A stretch of DNA of 64,000 nucleotides from Candidatus Bathyarchaeota archaeon (GTDB lineage Archaea; Thermoproteota; Bathyarchaeia; Bathyarchaeales; Bathycorpusculaceae), in contig CAWABA010000006.1 in assembly GCA_963780185.1 (NCBI GenBank), positions 96,001 through 160,000 of the forward strand. The letters are read 5' to 3'. A model generated the notes under the pieces. It saw nothing but the letters and a program-made list of their open reading frames with translations. It was not told the DNA's origin and made no database searches. Each line of letters opens with the position of its first letter. Position 1 is the first letter of the stretch. Made by a program: the position numbers and the translations under genes. Shown one piece after another: positions 1-9,819 of the stretch.

Positions 1-3
1 AAC

Positions 4-858
4 TTGGCATCAAGCTTTGAGGGGACCACTTGCCAGCACTTTTTGGCTTCAGCCGTTGCCGCTGGACCAAGCTTCCAAGAAGCCGCTTACCGCGGGTCAC
101 AGGTGGCAGAAGGCAAACTGGGCGTCGGCGAGGTTGAATTGGGGCAACTTATAAAATTCTGCACCAAAGACGTCAGCGAATGGCAGAGGGGCGGAAACAC
201 GATTCTCGGCACCATAATGCTGCTCGTGCCTATCGCCGTGGCGGCGGGAATGGCTCCGACGGAAAAGGATTTCACGCTGGATTTTTCTCTTCTGCGAAAG
301 AACATCGATTTGGCAGTCAAAGCGACTACGGCTTGGGACTCAGTGCATCTTTACGAGGCAGTGGATATTGCCAGCCCAAGCGGCTTAAACAAGGCGCCCG
401 ACCTCGACTTAAATGACCCGCAGTCAAAGGAACGCCTGCTAAAAGAAAACGTCAGCCTGTTCGAGGTTTTCCGTTTGGCGGCGGCTTACGACGACATATG
501 CGCTGAATGGGTTAACAACTACCCCGTCACCTTCGACTTAGCCTACCCGTACCTGGCAAGGCAGTTGAAAAGCAAGCCGTTGAACACAGCGGTCGTTCAC
601 ACTTTCTTAAAAATTCTCTCCGTTCGCCCCGACAGCTTCATTGCCCGTAAAATGGGGAAAGAAAAAGCGGCAGAAGTGTCAGCTGACGCAAGAGCCGTTT
701 TAGAACTCGGCGGATTAGACACAGCAAAAGGCAAAGCAAGCCTCAAACGCTTCGACCGTAAACTGCGGTCAAACCAGAACAAATGCAATCCAGGAACCAC
801 CGCGGATTTAACCGCCGCCGCCTTGGCGCTCTGCACTCTTAGCGGTTATCGACCGTAA
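4..858 (+). CDS. citG: Triphosphoribosyl-dephospho-CoA synthase CitG family protein, 5' end outside the window
   Basis: NTILG and C-terminal NPGTTADL motifs typical of the CitG/MdcB family; close to mch. Confidence 0.85.
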   Translation: MASSFEGTTCQHFLASAVAAGPSFQEAAYRGSQVAEGKLGVGEVELGQLIKFCTKDVSEWQRGGNTILGTIMLLVPIAVAAGMAPTEKDFTLDFSLLRKNIDLAVKATTAWDSVHLYEAVDIASPSGLNKAPDLDLNDPQSKERLLKENVSLFEVFRLAAAYDDICAEWVNNYPVTFDLAYPYLARQLKSKPLNTAVVHTFLKILSVRPDSFIARKMGKEKAAEVSADARAVLELGGLDTAKGKASLKRFDRKLRSNQNKCNPGTTADLTAAALALCTLSGYRP

Positions 859-936
859 AACAGCCTTTGACCAGCTTTGGTTTGCTTTTGGATGTTTTGG
901 GAAGGTTTTTTAAACGTCTCAGGTTAGTTAAAACCT

Positions 937-1464
937 ATGTATTTAGAAGCCTTCAAAAACATGCTTAAGAGCAGGAGGTTTTGGGTTTGGGGAATCGCTG
1001 GCGCAGTCATCTACTCCATTCCAGCTACGATACGAATCGCAACTGGCAGCCCGATTTTACCTGTATTGAGCTGGGTTGCGACTCCATGGATAGGCATGTA
1101 TGTTCCCGCGAATCTGGTTGAGAAAATCTTGGTTAACGCGTTTTTCCCCGGGGCTGCGGGAGCTATCGCGGGAGAAATCTTTTTTTCAAACGTCCGTTCC
1201 AAAATCCTTGCGGGACGGGAAAAGTATGTTGCCCGGCTCTGCGGGGCTTTGTTGGCGGTGACGGTTTGGTCGCTGATTCAGCTTTCAGGCGGCTGGCTCG
1301 ACATTGCGGGGTCATGGGGCGGCAACCTCTTCGAGTACCCCTCCGTGTTTCCACTTAACTTCCTGTTGGCATCGCTTTCAATCTTTACCCCAACCATAAT
1401 TTACTTCCTCAAAGACAAAGTTGGGTCCGCTTTTCACAGGCTGAAGCTTCGGGGGCAACGTTAA
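937..1464 (+). CDS. Hypothetical multi-pass membrane protein
   Basis: 175-aa ORF with several hydrophobic segments, ATG start, co-oriented with its neighbours. Confidence 0.7.
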   Translation: MYLEAFKNMLKSRRFWVWGIAGAVIYSIPATIRIATGSPILPVLSWVATPWIGMYVPANLVEKILVNAFFPGAAGAIAGEIFFSNVRSKILAGREKYVARLCGALLAVTVWSLIQLSGGWLDIAGSWGGNLFEYPSVFPLNFLLASLSIFTPTIIYFLKDKVGSAFHRLKLRGQR

Positions 1465-1511
1465 GTTAATATCGAAAAAGAAACCAACAGTAGATTACTT
1501 GAGATGAAACT

Positions 1512-2471
1512 ATGGCGGCGTTAAGTGTTAACCAAATGGCTTGGAAAATAGCTCAAAAACTTATCGATAACCCAGAATTCTACGGGATAACTGTTTCAAA
1601 ATCAACGGCTGGAGCCACGATTATAGATGCAGGCGTAAACGCTTCAGGCGGCTTTCAAGCAGGCAAAAAACTAACCGAACTCTGCATGGGCGGCGCGGGA
1701 AAAGCCCAAATTGGCTTCAAAACCTACGGCAACATAACCTTCCCATCAATAACCGTCAGCATGGATCACCCAGCCATAGCGGCTTTGGGTTCGCAGTTTG
1801 CTGGTTGGCGCATAAAAGACGGTGACCAGATAGCCATTGGTTCGGGTCCAGTTCGCGCTTTGGCGTTGAAGCCTAAGGATGTTTACGAGGAAATAGGCTA
1901 CAAGGACCAAAGTGACAAAGCCGTTCTTACGTTGGAAAGCAACACTTTGCCATCTGACGCGCTTATTGAAAAAGTAACAACCGCCAGCAACGTTTCACCT
2001 GCGAATTTGATTGTCGTGGTTGCGCCGACGGCAAGCATCGCTGGTTTAACTCAGGTTGCGGGAAGAATCGTGGAAGTTGGCATCCACAAACTTCGAACCC
2101 TTGGCTTAAGCCCCAAAGTTATCCGTTACGCGCTGGGTTACGCGCCCATTCCGCCGCTTGGCAAAGACTTCGAAATAGCGATGGCACGGACAAACGACGC
2201 GATTCTTTACGGTGGAAACGTCTACTGCACGGTGGATTATGATGATGAAGCTGCTCTGCAGAAAATTGTGGAGCAGGCGCCGTCGATGGCTTCAAAGGAT
2301 TACGGAAAGCCGTTCTTGCAGATTTTCCGTGAAGCAGGGCGTGACTTCTACAAAATAGATCACGGCTTGTTTGCACCCGCAGTCATAACTATAAACAACG
2401 CGAAGACAGGCAACACCTTCAAAGCAGGACAAATCAACCCTAAGGTACTCTCAGAATCCTTAGGATTCTAA
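1512..2471 (+). CDS. mch: Methenyltetrahydromethanopterin cyclohydrolase
   Basis: GSQFAGW, GSGPVRAL, RTNDAILYGG and DFYKIDxxLFAPA motifs. Confidence 0.95.
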   Translation: MAALSVNQMAWKIAQKLIDNPEFYGITVSKSTAGATIIDAGVNASGGFQAGKKLTELCMGGAGKAQIGFKTYGNITFPSITVSMDHPAIAALGSQFAGWRIKDGDQIAIGSGPVRALALKPKDVYEEIGYKDQSDKAVLTLESNTLPSDALIEKVTTASNVSPANLIVVVAPTASIAGLTQVAGRIVEVGIHKLRTLGLSPKVIRYALGYAPIPPLGKDFEIAMARTNDAILYGGNVYCTVDYDDEAALQKIVEQAPSMASKDYGKPFLQIFREAGRDFYKIDHGLFAPAVITINNAKTGNTFKAGQINPKVLSESLGF

Positions 2472-2482
2472 TTCCTGGTTTT

Positions 2483-3070
2483 TCATTTTAGATTGAATCT
2501 TGAAAGAACAGGCACTGCTATTGCAAATGCAACGGGTATAGTGTATAGTGCCACAGTGCCATTGAATAGCGCCCCGAGGGGGACGAAAGCCAAGGCTGCC
2601 GCCGGCTTATATGAAAAGCCGACAGGAGACGGTTGCTGGAGCGTGAAGTAGTTTACGACTGATGTTACGGCAATACGGGCAACGATTCCTAAGGCTGTTG
2701 CAGATATGCTTATCACTTTAGCGTGCCTCTTGAGGGCATCAGACAAGTTTTCTGTTTTGCATCCCCGAGTTACAATCAAGTAGGGGACATAGATGCCTAG
2801 CATCATTGAGAGGATTGCGATGAGATTGTAAACTGGGCCGAGTGGCGAGAATCCTCCGGTGAAATAAATTGTTAAAATGACCGTGTTTATGGCTGATATT
2901 ATTAAGCCAGCTATTAATCCGAGAGCTAAGAAAGCGACCACTATCGGTATTTCCCAGATTTGGTAGTAAAGGAATGGTGCGTAGGGTGCTGGAATTTTTG
3001 GTCCAGCCACATTTAGGGCCATTGTCAGCGCGACGAATATTATGATTAGGGCCAGTGTTTTGGTGTTCAT
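2483..3070 (-). CDS. ECF transporter S-component-like membrane protein
   Basis: PFLYYQIWEIP motif and about six TM segments; start taken at MNTKTL. Confidence 0.7.
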   Translation of the reverse strand: MNTKTLALIIIFVALTMALNVAGPKIPAPYAPFLYYQIWEIPIVVAFLALGLIAGLIISAINTVILTIYFTGGFSPLGPVYNLIAILSMMLGIYVPYLIVTRGCKTENLSDALKRHAKVISISATALGIVARIAVTSVVNYFTLQQPSPVGFSYKPAAALAFVPLGALFNGTVALYTIPVAFAIAVPVLSRFNLK

Positions 3071-3214
3071 TGTTGCTTGTCTCGTTTGATGGTTCATCCT
3101 TGGTTAGCTATTTAAGAGTAGCTACTCAAAATCACGTAGGTGAAATGGGGTGGAATCAGGGCTAAAATTGATAAATAAGCCCTCGATAACATAAAGGATA
3201 AGCAGTGAAAAGTA

Positions 3215-4468
3215 TTGACTGAAACCATCATCAAGTTCACTTCACCCAACGAAGTTAAACCTTGGCTTGAAGACAAAACAAACTCCATCCTCTCACCTGT
3301 ACATGCCCAAGCCAAAAAGCTAAGGGACGACATGAAGCTGGCAATCCAAGGCATCGACGACATGAGCAAAATGCTCCTGGATAACAGCACAAGAGAAATA
3401 GAAAAAAGAAACATGAAAGTTTACAATCGAGCCCGAGCGCTCAACAAGCTTGCGCATTTGTTTGTTGATAGGCTCAAAAAACTTGAAGCGCCAGAAGAAA
3501 TCTCTTTTGACACTTTAAGCAGGTACGCTGGGGAAATCCAAAAAATCTTCATCGTAACCGACATAGACATCAAAAATTGGTTCCCGAGAATCTCCCCGTT
3601 TTTCATAATGGACCGAAGAAGATTCCTTACCATTTACGAGAAAGCCAAACAAACCCACACATTCCTAAATGAATTCCTCACAAAAGAATACGTCAAAACA
3701 AAAACTCTGGAAGAAGCCTTCACTCTGCTGAACGAACTCCAAAACGTGCAGAATCAGCGGGGTACGATAGGTGAAGAGAAAAACCAAATTACCAATGAGC
3801 GTCTCCCCCTCGAGAAGGAAATCGCTGATTTGGAGCAGAAAATTGAAGAGTTGAAAACCAAAGGACCCATCGACAACTTAAACACAGTTAACAACGAAAT
3901 ATGCGGTTTAACCAACGAATTAAAAAACACACTTCGGCACCTACAGAAGCCATTCATAAAAATGCAGGCGTTAGCCACCTTCGGCGGGGGCGGAGGAATA
4001 ACTCCCGATGAACTGACCAGAATAAGCCTGTATTTGGAAAACCCCTTCGACGCCTTAGTAACGGAGCAGGACAACTACCCCGCGTTCAGAGAAATTTTGG
4101 AGAAACTGCAACGTTTTCTGGTAGAGGACAAGTTAAAGTTAAAAGACGAAAAGGCGCGGAAAGCTGAGCAGTCAATAAATGAGATTTTAAAGACCAACTC
4201 GCTTTGTCAAATTCAAGTTAGAAGCGTGGAGTTGGCGAAATCAAGAGACCAGCTGATGGCTTCCTCGGTGATGGATGAGACAAAACGCTGTCTCGCCGCA
4301 TATCAGCAGCAGCTTGAACAGCTTAAAGCTCGGAAAACAAGCGTCGAAACACATGAGGCTGTCAAGGAAAATGCATACAACGAAGCAGTTGACAAAATCA
4401 GCAACCTGAAGAGGACAATTGAGAAAAACATCCTCAGCTCAATAGACATAAAAGTCCAAATCCCCTAA
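3215..4468 (+). CDS. Coiled-coil hypothetical protein
   Basis: 417-aa K/E/L-rich ORF with heptad character; TTG start. Confidence 0.75.
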   Translation: MTETIIKFTSPNEVKPWLEDKTNSILSPVHAQAKKLRDDMKLAIQGIDDMSKMLLDNSTREIEKRNMKVYNRARALNKLAHLFVDRLKKLEAPEEISFDTLSRYAGEIQKIFIVTDIDIKNWFPRISPFFIMDRRRFLTIYEKAKQTHTFLNEFLTKEYVKTKTLEEAFTLLNELQNVQNQRGTIGEEKNQITNERLPLEKEIADLEQKIEELKTKGPIDNLNTVNNEICGLTNELKNTLRHLQKPFIKMQALATFGGGGGITPDELTRISLYLENPFDALVTEQDNYPAFREILEKLQRFLVEDKLKLKDEKARKAEQSINEILKTNSLCQIQVRSVELAKSRDQLMASSVMDETKRCLAAYQQQLEQLKARKTSVETHEAVKENAYNEAVDKISNLKRTIEKNILSSIDIKVQIP

Positions 4469-4486
4469 ATCGTCAGGTGTCTCCAT

Positions 4487-5407
4487 TTGGCTTTACATGC
4501 ATTAGTCAAAGAAGCCCAAAATATTCAAAGCGAAGCCCTCATCGAAACACTGGACAAAGCCACTTCCTTGCTGCAAAGCGAAAACGGGAAAATTGGAAAT
4601 CTAAAAATAACCAACCGACTTGTCACAGTAGAACCTCTCGGGGAAGCTTTAGTCATCGGCGATTTGCATGGAGACCTCGAAAGCCTTTCAGTGATACTTC
4701 AAGAAAGCCAGTTCCTACAAAAAATGCAGAAAACAACCGACGCAACAATGATTTTCCTCGGCGACTACGGCGACAGGGGAGATAAACCAGCCGAAATCTA
4801 CTATCTGATTCTTCAGCTGAAACTAAACTACCCAAAACAAGTGGTCCTGCTACGTGGAAACCACGAGGGACCAAAGAATTTAGAAGCTTCACCGCACGAT
4901 TTACCCGAGCGGCTCCAAGCCAAATTCGGCGAAGACTCTGAGCGAGTCTATGAAAAGATACGCACGTTGTGGGGTTGGCTCTACAACGGGGTGTTTGTTG
5001 ATGGACGTTTCTTGATGGTTCATGGCGGTGTCTCCCCGGAAATCAACAGTTTCCAAGATGTCGCGCAGGCCCAAGAGGGAAACAATGAGGGTTTGCTGGA
5101 GGATTTGTTGTGGAACGACCCCGCCGAGGGCATGCATGGAACTGCTTTGTCGCCGAGGGGCGCGGGAAAACTTTTCGGCAAAGATGTCTCTGAGCAGGTT
5201 CTCGGTAGATTGAACGCCCAGATTTTGATAAGAAGCCATGAGGCAAGTGACACGGGCTTCAAAATTGACCACGACGGCAAAGTCTTAACCCTGTTCTCAA
5301 GGAAAGGCGCTCCATACTTCAACAGGTACGGAGCATACTTGCAGGTGCCGCTGTCGCAGAAATTCGAGAACGCCAAGCAGCTTACTCCATTCATCCATAA
5401 GTTTTAG
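4487..5407 (+). CDS. PPP-family Ser/Thr protein phosphatase (calcineurin-like metallophosphoesterase)
   Basis: GDLHG, GDYGDRG, LRGNHE, HGG, LLWNDP, SPRG and IRSHE motifs. Confidence 0.92.
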   Translation: MALHALVKEAQNIQSEALIETLDKATSLLQSENGKIGNLKITNRLVTVEPLGEALVIGDLHGDLESLSVILQESQFLQKMQKTTDATMIFLGDYGDRGDKPAEIYYLILQLKLNYPKQVVLLRGNHEGPKNLEASPHDLPERLQAKFGEDSERVYEKIRTLWGWLYNGVFVDGRFLMVHGGVSPEINSFQDVAQAQEGNNEGLLEDLLWNDPAEGMHGTALSPRGAGKLFGKDVSEQVLGRLNAQILIRSHEASDTGFKIDHDGKVLTLFSRKGAPYFNRYGAYLQVPLSQKFENAKQLTPFIHKF

Positions 5408-5522
5408 TTCAACGTGCTCTTTTGCGGCGTCAAAATGCTTAATTGTTTCACCGATAACTTAACTAAAATACAGCTAGTCGTTTCTTGTTGCAACGCTAAT
5501 TAGTTGCAAAATCAGAGTTAAG

Positions 5523-6554
5523 GTGACAGCAAGAGGTTTAGAAGTGCAAGACGAGAACGCCATCGAAACCATCAACTTGACAAAAACATTCAAGTCAACG
5601 ATTCCGAACGGAGGCGGCTTTTTGAGGCGTAAAACCGTCACCGTCGACGCCGTCGACCATATTAACCTCACTGTCAAGAAAGGCGAGCTTTTCGGGCTTC
5701 TCGGTCCCAACGGCGCGGGGAAAACCACGTTGGTTAAGATGCTTTGCACTCTTCTTCCGCCAGACGGAGGAACGGCGTTGATTAACGGCTTTGACATTGT
5801 CAAGCAGCAGATGCAGGTTAAACGTTCGCTTGGCACACTTTTCAGCGTCGGGGAACGTGGCTTCTTTTGGCGGCTTAACGGTTATCGGAACTTGGAGTTT
5901 TTCGCGGCAATCTATAATGTGCCGAGGCAGAAGAGGCGCGAACGGATACTTGAAGTGCTCAAACTCGTCGGCTTAGAAAACAACGCTTACATGCCTTTCC
6001 AGAAGTACTCCGGAGGCATGAAACGCAAGCTTGCATTAGCCCGAACGCTTCTGCCCGACCCCCCGATAATAATGCTTGACGAACCCACAACGGGTTTAGA
6101 CGCGATTTCTTCAAGAACCATCCGTGACTTCGTCCAGCAAACCGTAAAAGAAACTGGGAAAACCGTGCTTTACACAACCCACTACATTGAGGAAGCAGCG
6201 CAAATCTGCACAAAAATCGGCATCCTCAAACAGGGAAAAATCGTCGCTTTCGACAGCCCAGAGGCATTGAAAGCTAAAATAAAAAAAGACGAGCAAATAG
6301 AACTGGTGGTTGAAGGCATAGAGCAAGCTCAAATTGAGAAAATTCGGACGCTAGCAGGCGTGATAGAAGTCGTGGAGAAAAATGATTTGCCCCTGTTGGC
6401 TGGACAACGAGGACTGCATATTGAGCTTCAAACCGTTGACCAATTGCCGTTGGTTTTCGATTTCCTTTTTGAACAAAAAATCAAGCTGGTAAATTTCAAG
6501 CGGGAAGAGCCAACGTTGGAAGATGCGTTTATTGAGTTAACTGGGAGGGTGTAG
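5523..6554 (+). CDS. ABC-2 type transporter ATP-binding protein
   Basis: Walker A GPNGAGKT, signature YSGGM, Walker B LDEPT. Confidence 0.95.
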   Translation: MTARGLEVQDENAIETINLTKTFKSTIPNGGGFLRRKTVTVDAVDHINLTVKKGELFGLLGPNGAGKTTLVKMLCTLLPPDGGTALINGFDIVKQQMQVKRSLGTLFSVGERGFFWRLNGYRNLEFFAAIYNVPRQKRRERILEVLKLVGLENNAYMPFQKYSGGMKRKLALARTLLPDPPIIMLDEPTTGLDAISSRTIRDFVQQTVKETGKTVLYTTHYIEEAAQICTKIGILKQGKIVAFDSPEALKAKIKKDEQIELVVEGIEQAQIEKIRTLAGVIEVVEKNDLPLLAGQRGLHIELQTVDQLPLVFDFLFEQKIKLVNFKREEPTLEDAFIELTGRV

Positions 6555-6560
6555 GCGGTC

Positions 6561-7358
6561 GTGGCTGTGCTGAATGAGCTTGAGAAAATTTGGTACTTTA
6601 TGAAGCGCGACATAGTTAGCTTCTCCACCTACAAAACAAACATTCTCATTCTGGTTTTTACTGCAATTTTCGGGGCATTATCCTTCGCTTATCTTGGACA
6701 AAGTTCAGTCAATCAAACTGTAACTCAATTATACCATACGAGCTACACAACTTACCTACTTATCGGATTAGCCTTTAACACTTACCTTGGACAAGCCTTG
6801 ACACTTGTGCAAAAAACCATTAACCCTTGGTCGCTTGAAGAAGTTTTGGTTTCGCCGACTAGCTTAACGACATTCATCATCGGCAGTTCTATTTGGGGCT
6901 TTGTCTGGAGTACGGGCATAGTAGCAATTTACCTTGTTATCGGTGTGTACTTTTTCGGAGTAACCCTCAGTGTAAACATTGCCGGGGCACTGATTGTTCT
7001 TGCCTTAGGCATTGGCACATTCATAGGCATTAGTATGATTGGCTCGGGAATACTAATTCTAACCAAGCAAGGCGACCCAGTGACAGCGCTAATGACCATA
7101 GCGATATCTCTTTTTGGGAATGTGTTTTTTCCGCCACAAATCCTGCCGGCTCCCTTGCGAATAATCGCCTACGTGACCCCACCATATTACTTCATGACAT
7201 GCATCAAGCAAATATTAACAGGCTCTACTATCGCCATGATTCTGCCTAACTTAGAGATTTTGGCGCTAATGTGTGCTATCATCGTGCCGTTGGGGTATGC
7301 AACTTACGCTTTGTGTCTTAGGGCAGCTAGGAAAAATGGAACCTTATCGTGGTTTTAG
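6561..7358 (+). CDS. ABC-2 type transporter permease
   Basis: About six TM segments, LEEVLVSP and FFPPQILP motifs; follows the ATPase gene. Confidence 0.9.
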   Translation: MAVLNELEKIWYFMKRDIVSFSTYKTNILILVFTAIFGALSFAYLGQSSVNQTVTQLYHTSYTTYLLIGLAFNTYLGQALTLVQKTINPWSLEEVLVSPTSLTTFIIGSSIWGFVWSTGIVAIYLVIGVYFFGVTLSVNIAGALIVLALGIGTFIGISMIGSGILILTKQGDPVTALMTIAISLFGNVFFPPQILPAPLRIIAYVTPPYYFMTCIKQILTGSTIAMILPNLEILALMCAIIVPLGYATYALCLRAARKNGTLSWF

Positions 7359-7962
7359 GTTTCCGACTAAACATGCAGCATTAATTCCGAAGCTTTCTAT
7401 GTCAACCACTGAGAACGCATAGGATAAGAGAGACCTTCCACTTTTTCCATTGTAACGTTGGATAAAGCCCTCGCATTCACTTAATAATAATCAGCCCTAT
7501 CGACTTTCGGGTTACACATTTGGGATCGCGAAAAGATAGTTTTCGAAAATGCTAACTTGTTTGCAGAAAAAAGCGGTAAAAAGAGGCTCTTTGCCCATAA
7601 GATGAACAGGTTTCGATACCAGTTTCACTTAAGCCTATTTTCTCAACTCTCAGAACAGCCATTCTTCTTAGTCATAAACGGCATGATCAACTTTCAACTT
7701 TGCATTTTTGTTTGGAAAGGATAGTTTTTCAACAATCCGCGCATAAGCATTCGATCAGACTTAATAACGGAAGCATTTGTATGGCGTCCCCGCATAATGT
7801 ATTTAAAAAACTCGAAATTTCTATGGGCAAAACCACAGAAAAGCATAGCTGGCGATAAACCGTCGTTTAATTTATAAATTGTCTAGTTATTTGTTCTTTA
7901 AAGAAATTAGTGGCGAATATGGGTAATGCCGATAGGTATTGTCAGAAAAAGAAGAGTAAAAA

Positions 7963-8316
7963 ATGAGACAAAGCACATCTATTCAAAAAAGGTGTTCAAA
8001 AGAATTCTTGGATATGATTGTTATTTGCCTTCTTTCACATCGGTCGAGGACTGGTTATGCAATAAATAATCTTGTGATTAAGAAATTTAGAGTCATACCG
8101 AGCACTGGACAGGTATATAATACGTTAGTTTCTCTAGAGCGGGCAGGTTTGATAACCTGTGTTCGGGATAACCCTGGACGAGCTTATGAGCTAACGGTGA
8201 AGGGGAAAAAAATCATAGAAAACTTGCCAAACGTAGTAGAAGAAATCCACTCATTTACTAGACTGTTGTTACAGTCTCGGCACAAAAATTACGAAGTAGA
8301 GCAAACTCTAAGTTGA
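7963..8316 (+). CDS. PadR-family transcriptional regulator
   Basis: TGYAI...STGQVYNTLVSLERAGLI...YELTVKG winged-helix pattern. Confidence 0.85.
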   Translation: MRQSTSIQKRCSKEFLDMIVICLLSHRSRTGYAINNLVIKKFRVIPSTGQVYNTLVSLERAGLITCVRDNPGRAYELTVKGKKIIENLPNVVEEIHSFTRLLLQSRHKNYEVEQTLS

Positions 8317-8897
8317 ACGATGTTAGTCGGAACAATAGTTCTTCAATTATTCACTATTAGACGTATATCCATTACAAACTTGCGAGAGATTGGCTTTTGA
8401 CAATTTAATGTTACAATCAATGAAGCGGTCAGATCAAGAGAAAAGCATTAGAGCTAAAATCCAGAGACAAATAATTCATGCAAGCCACTCCACCATTGAA
8501 ATAATCTTCTGGCATTTTTTTAAAAAAGAAAGGATATCCTCGTTTAATTTAAGTTTCGCCTTTTCATCATGAAGAGTTATGCTTCAAGCCTTTAATTTTA
8601 TATTATTTTCGGTCTGCGACCTTTCTACAATTAGTGCTTTCTTGTGACTATATTTTCAAGTGGTCTCACCTTTACAACACCATTCCACAAACACTAATGA
8701 AAACTGATGAAATTGCAAGAAGAGATTTTTTCGGGAAAATGTGGTATAAACTCTACTGCTTAACATTTGGTTTCTCGTATTCTCGCAAAAACATTCACAA
8801 TTGGAATAGGAATACTATTGTGAGTATGAATTAGTAATAAAGCATATATGCGATCGCAGGACTCAGCTCATGAAAGAACCCTCGAAATCAAAAGGAG

Positions 8898-9599
8898 GTG
8901 AATAATTTGAATGAAACAGTTTTTAAAGTATCAAAGAAAAAGAAAATTATCATCATCCTGGCACTTTTCACAATAGCTATGACGGCAATGTTATTAATTT
9001 CTCCAGTTTTCGCAGCGACAACTTTTTACCCGCCTTATGCAGATACCCCATACTCATTCGTAAGTGGATCGGGAGGCGGGCAGCCCATTATTAAGACCGC
9101 AACTATTGCCAAGTCAGGTGTCGGATCTAGTGAACTTGAGGCGTGGGGCATTTACAGCTATCAATGCGGAGTCGAATGCGACGGCATGGGACCAACTGTA
9201 GCCACCTCACAAGCAGTGCAGTTAAGTGCAGGCACTCATACCTTTAGCGGAGTACTGCATCTTACAGGAAATATGATTTCCTTGGCCGCTAATCAGGGGA
9301 CGGAACTTGACCTCATGATTATCGTCCTGGAGGGTATTCCGATCGGCGGCAGTTTAGCATGGTCAATGGTAGCGAACCCAACGGTACGGACGTACTCAGT
9401 AACATCAGGTACTTTGACTTTTTATGGCTCAGACTCCATCGGCATTCAAGCAAGCTACGGCGTCTCATACGGTGGTGGAGCATATTGGGCTATGGGAATT
9501 GAAGTCTACAGTAAGATATGGGGCAATGACATTATGGGTGAGTTTGGTGCATCAGTTGATTTGACTCAAATAACTCTTTCGTCAATGACAATAACTTAG
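8898..9599 (+). CDS. Secreted hypothetical protein
   Basis: Basic N-region plus hydrophobic signal peptide ending VFA; G/S/T-rich mature part. Confidence 0.65.
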   Translation: MNNLNETVFKVSKKKKIIIILALFTIAMTAMLLISPVFAATTFYPPYADTPYSFVSGSGGGQPIIKTATIAKSGVGSSELEAWGIYSYQCGVECDGMGPTVATSQAVQLSAGTHTFSGVLHLTGNMISLAANQGTELDLMIIVLEGIPIGGSLAWSMVANPTVRTYSVTSGTLTFYGSDSIGIQASYGVSYGGGAYWAMGIEVYSKIWGNDIMGEFGASVDLTQITLSSMTIT

Positions 9600-9819
9600 T
9601 GGCTGAAGGTGATACGCCGCAAACTTACTCACTATTGTGTATAGTGAAATCAATATCCTTCTTTTTTCACGCTTAGGTTAAGAAAACTTGTTTTTCTACC
9701 GTGTTTTTGTTGGGTGACAAAACAAAGTGAGGCTGCATTTGGTGCCTGAAAACAGCGAGGAAAAACGGAACCCTCTCATGGTTCTAAACTATTTTCGGTT
9801 TCTCTTTGCCTAACAGTGC

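Noticed and set aside
7360-7960. Decayed gene or transposase remnant
   Set aside because: Only short fragments without a recognisable motif.
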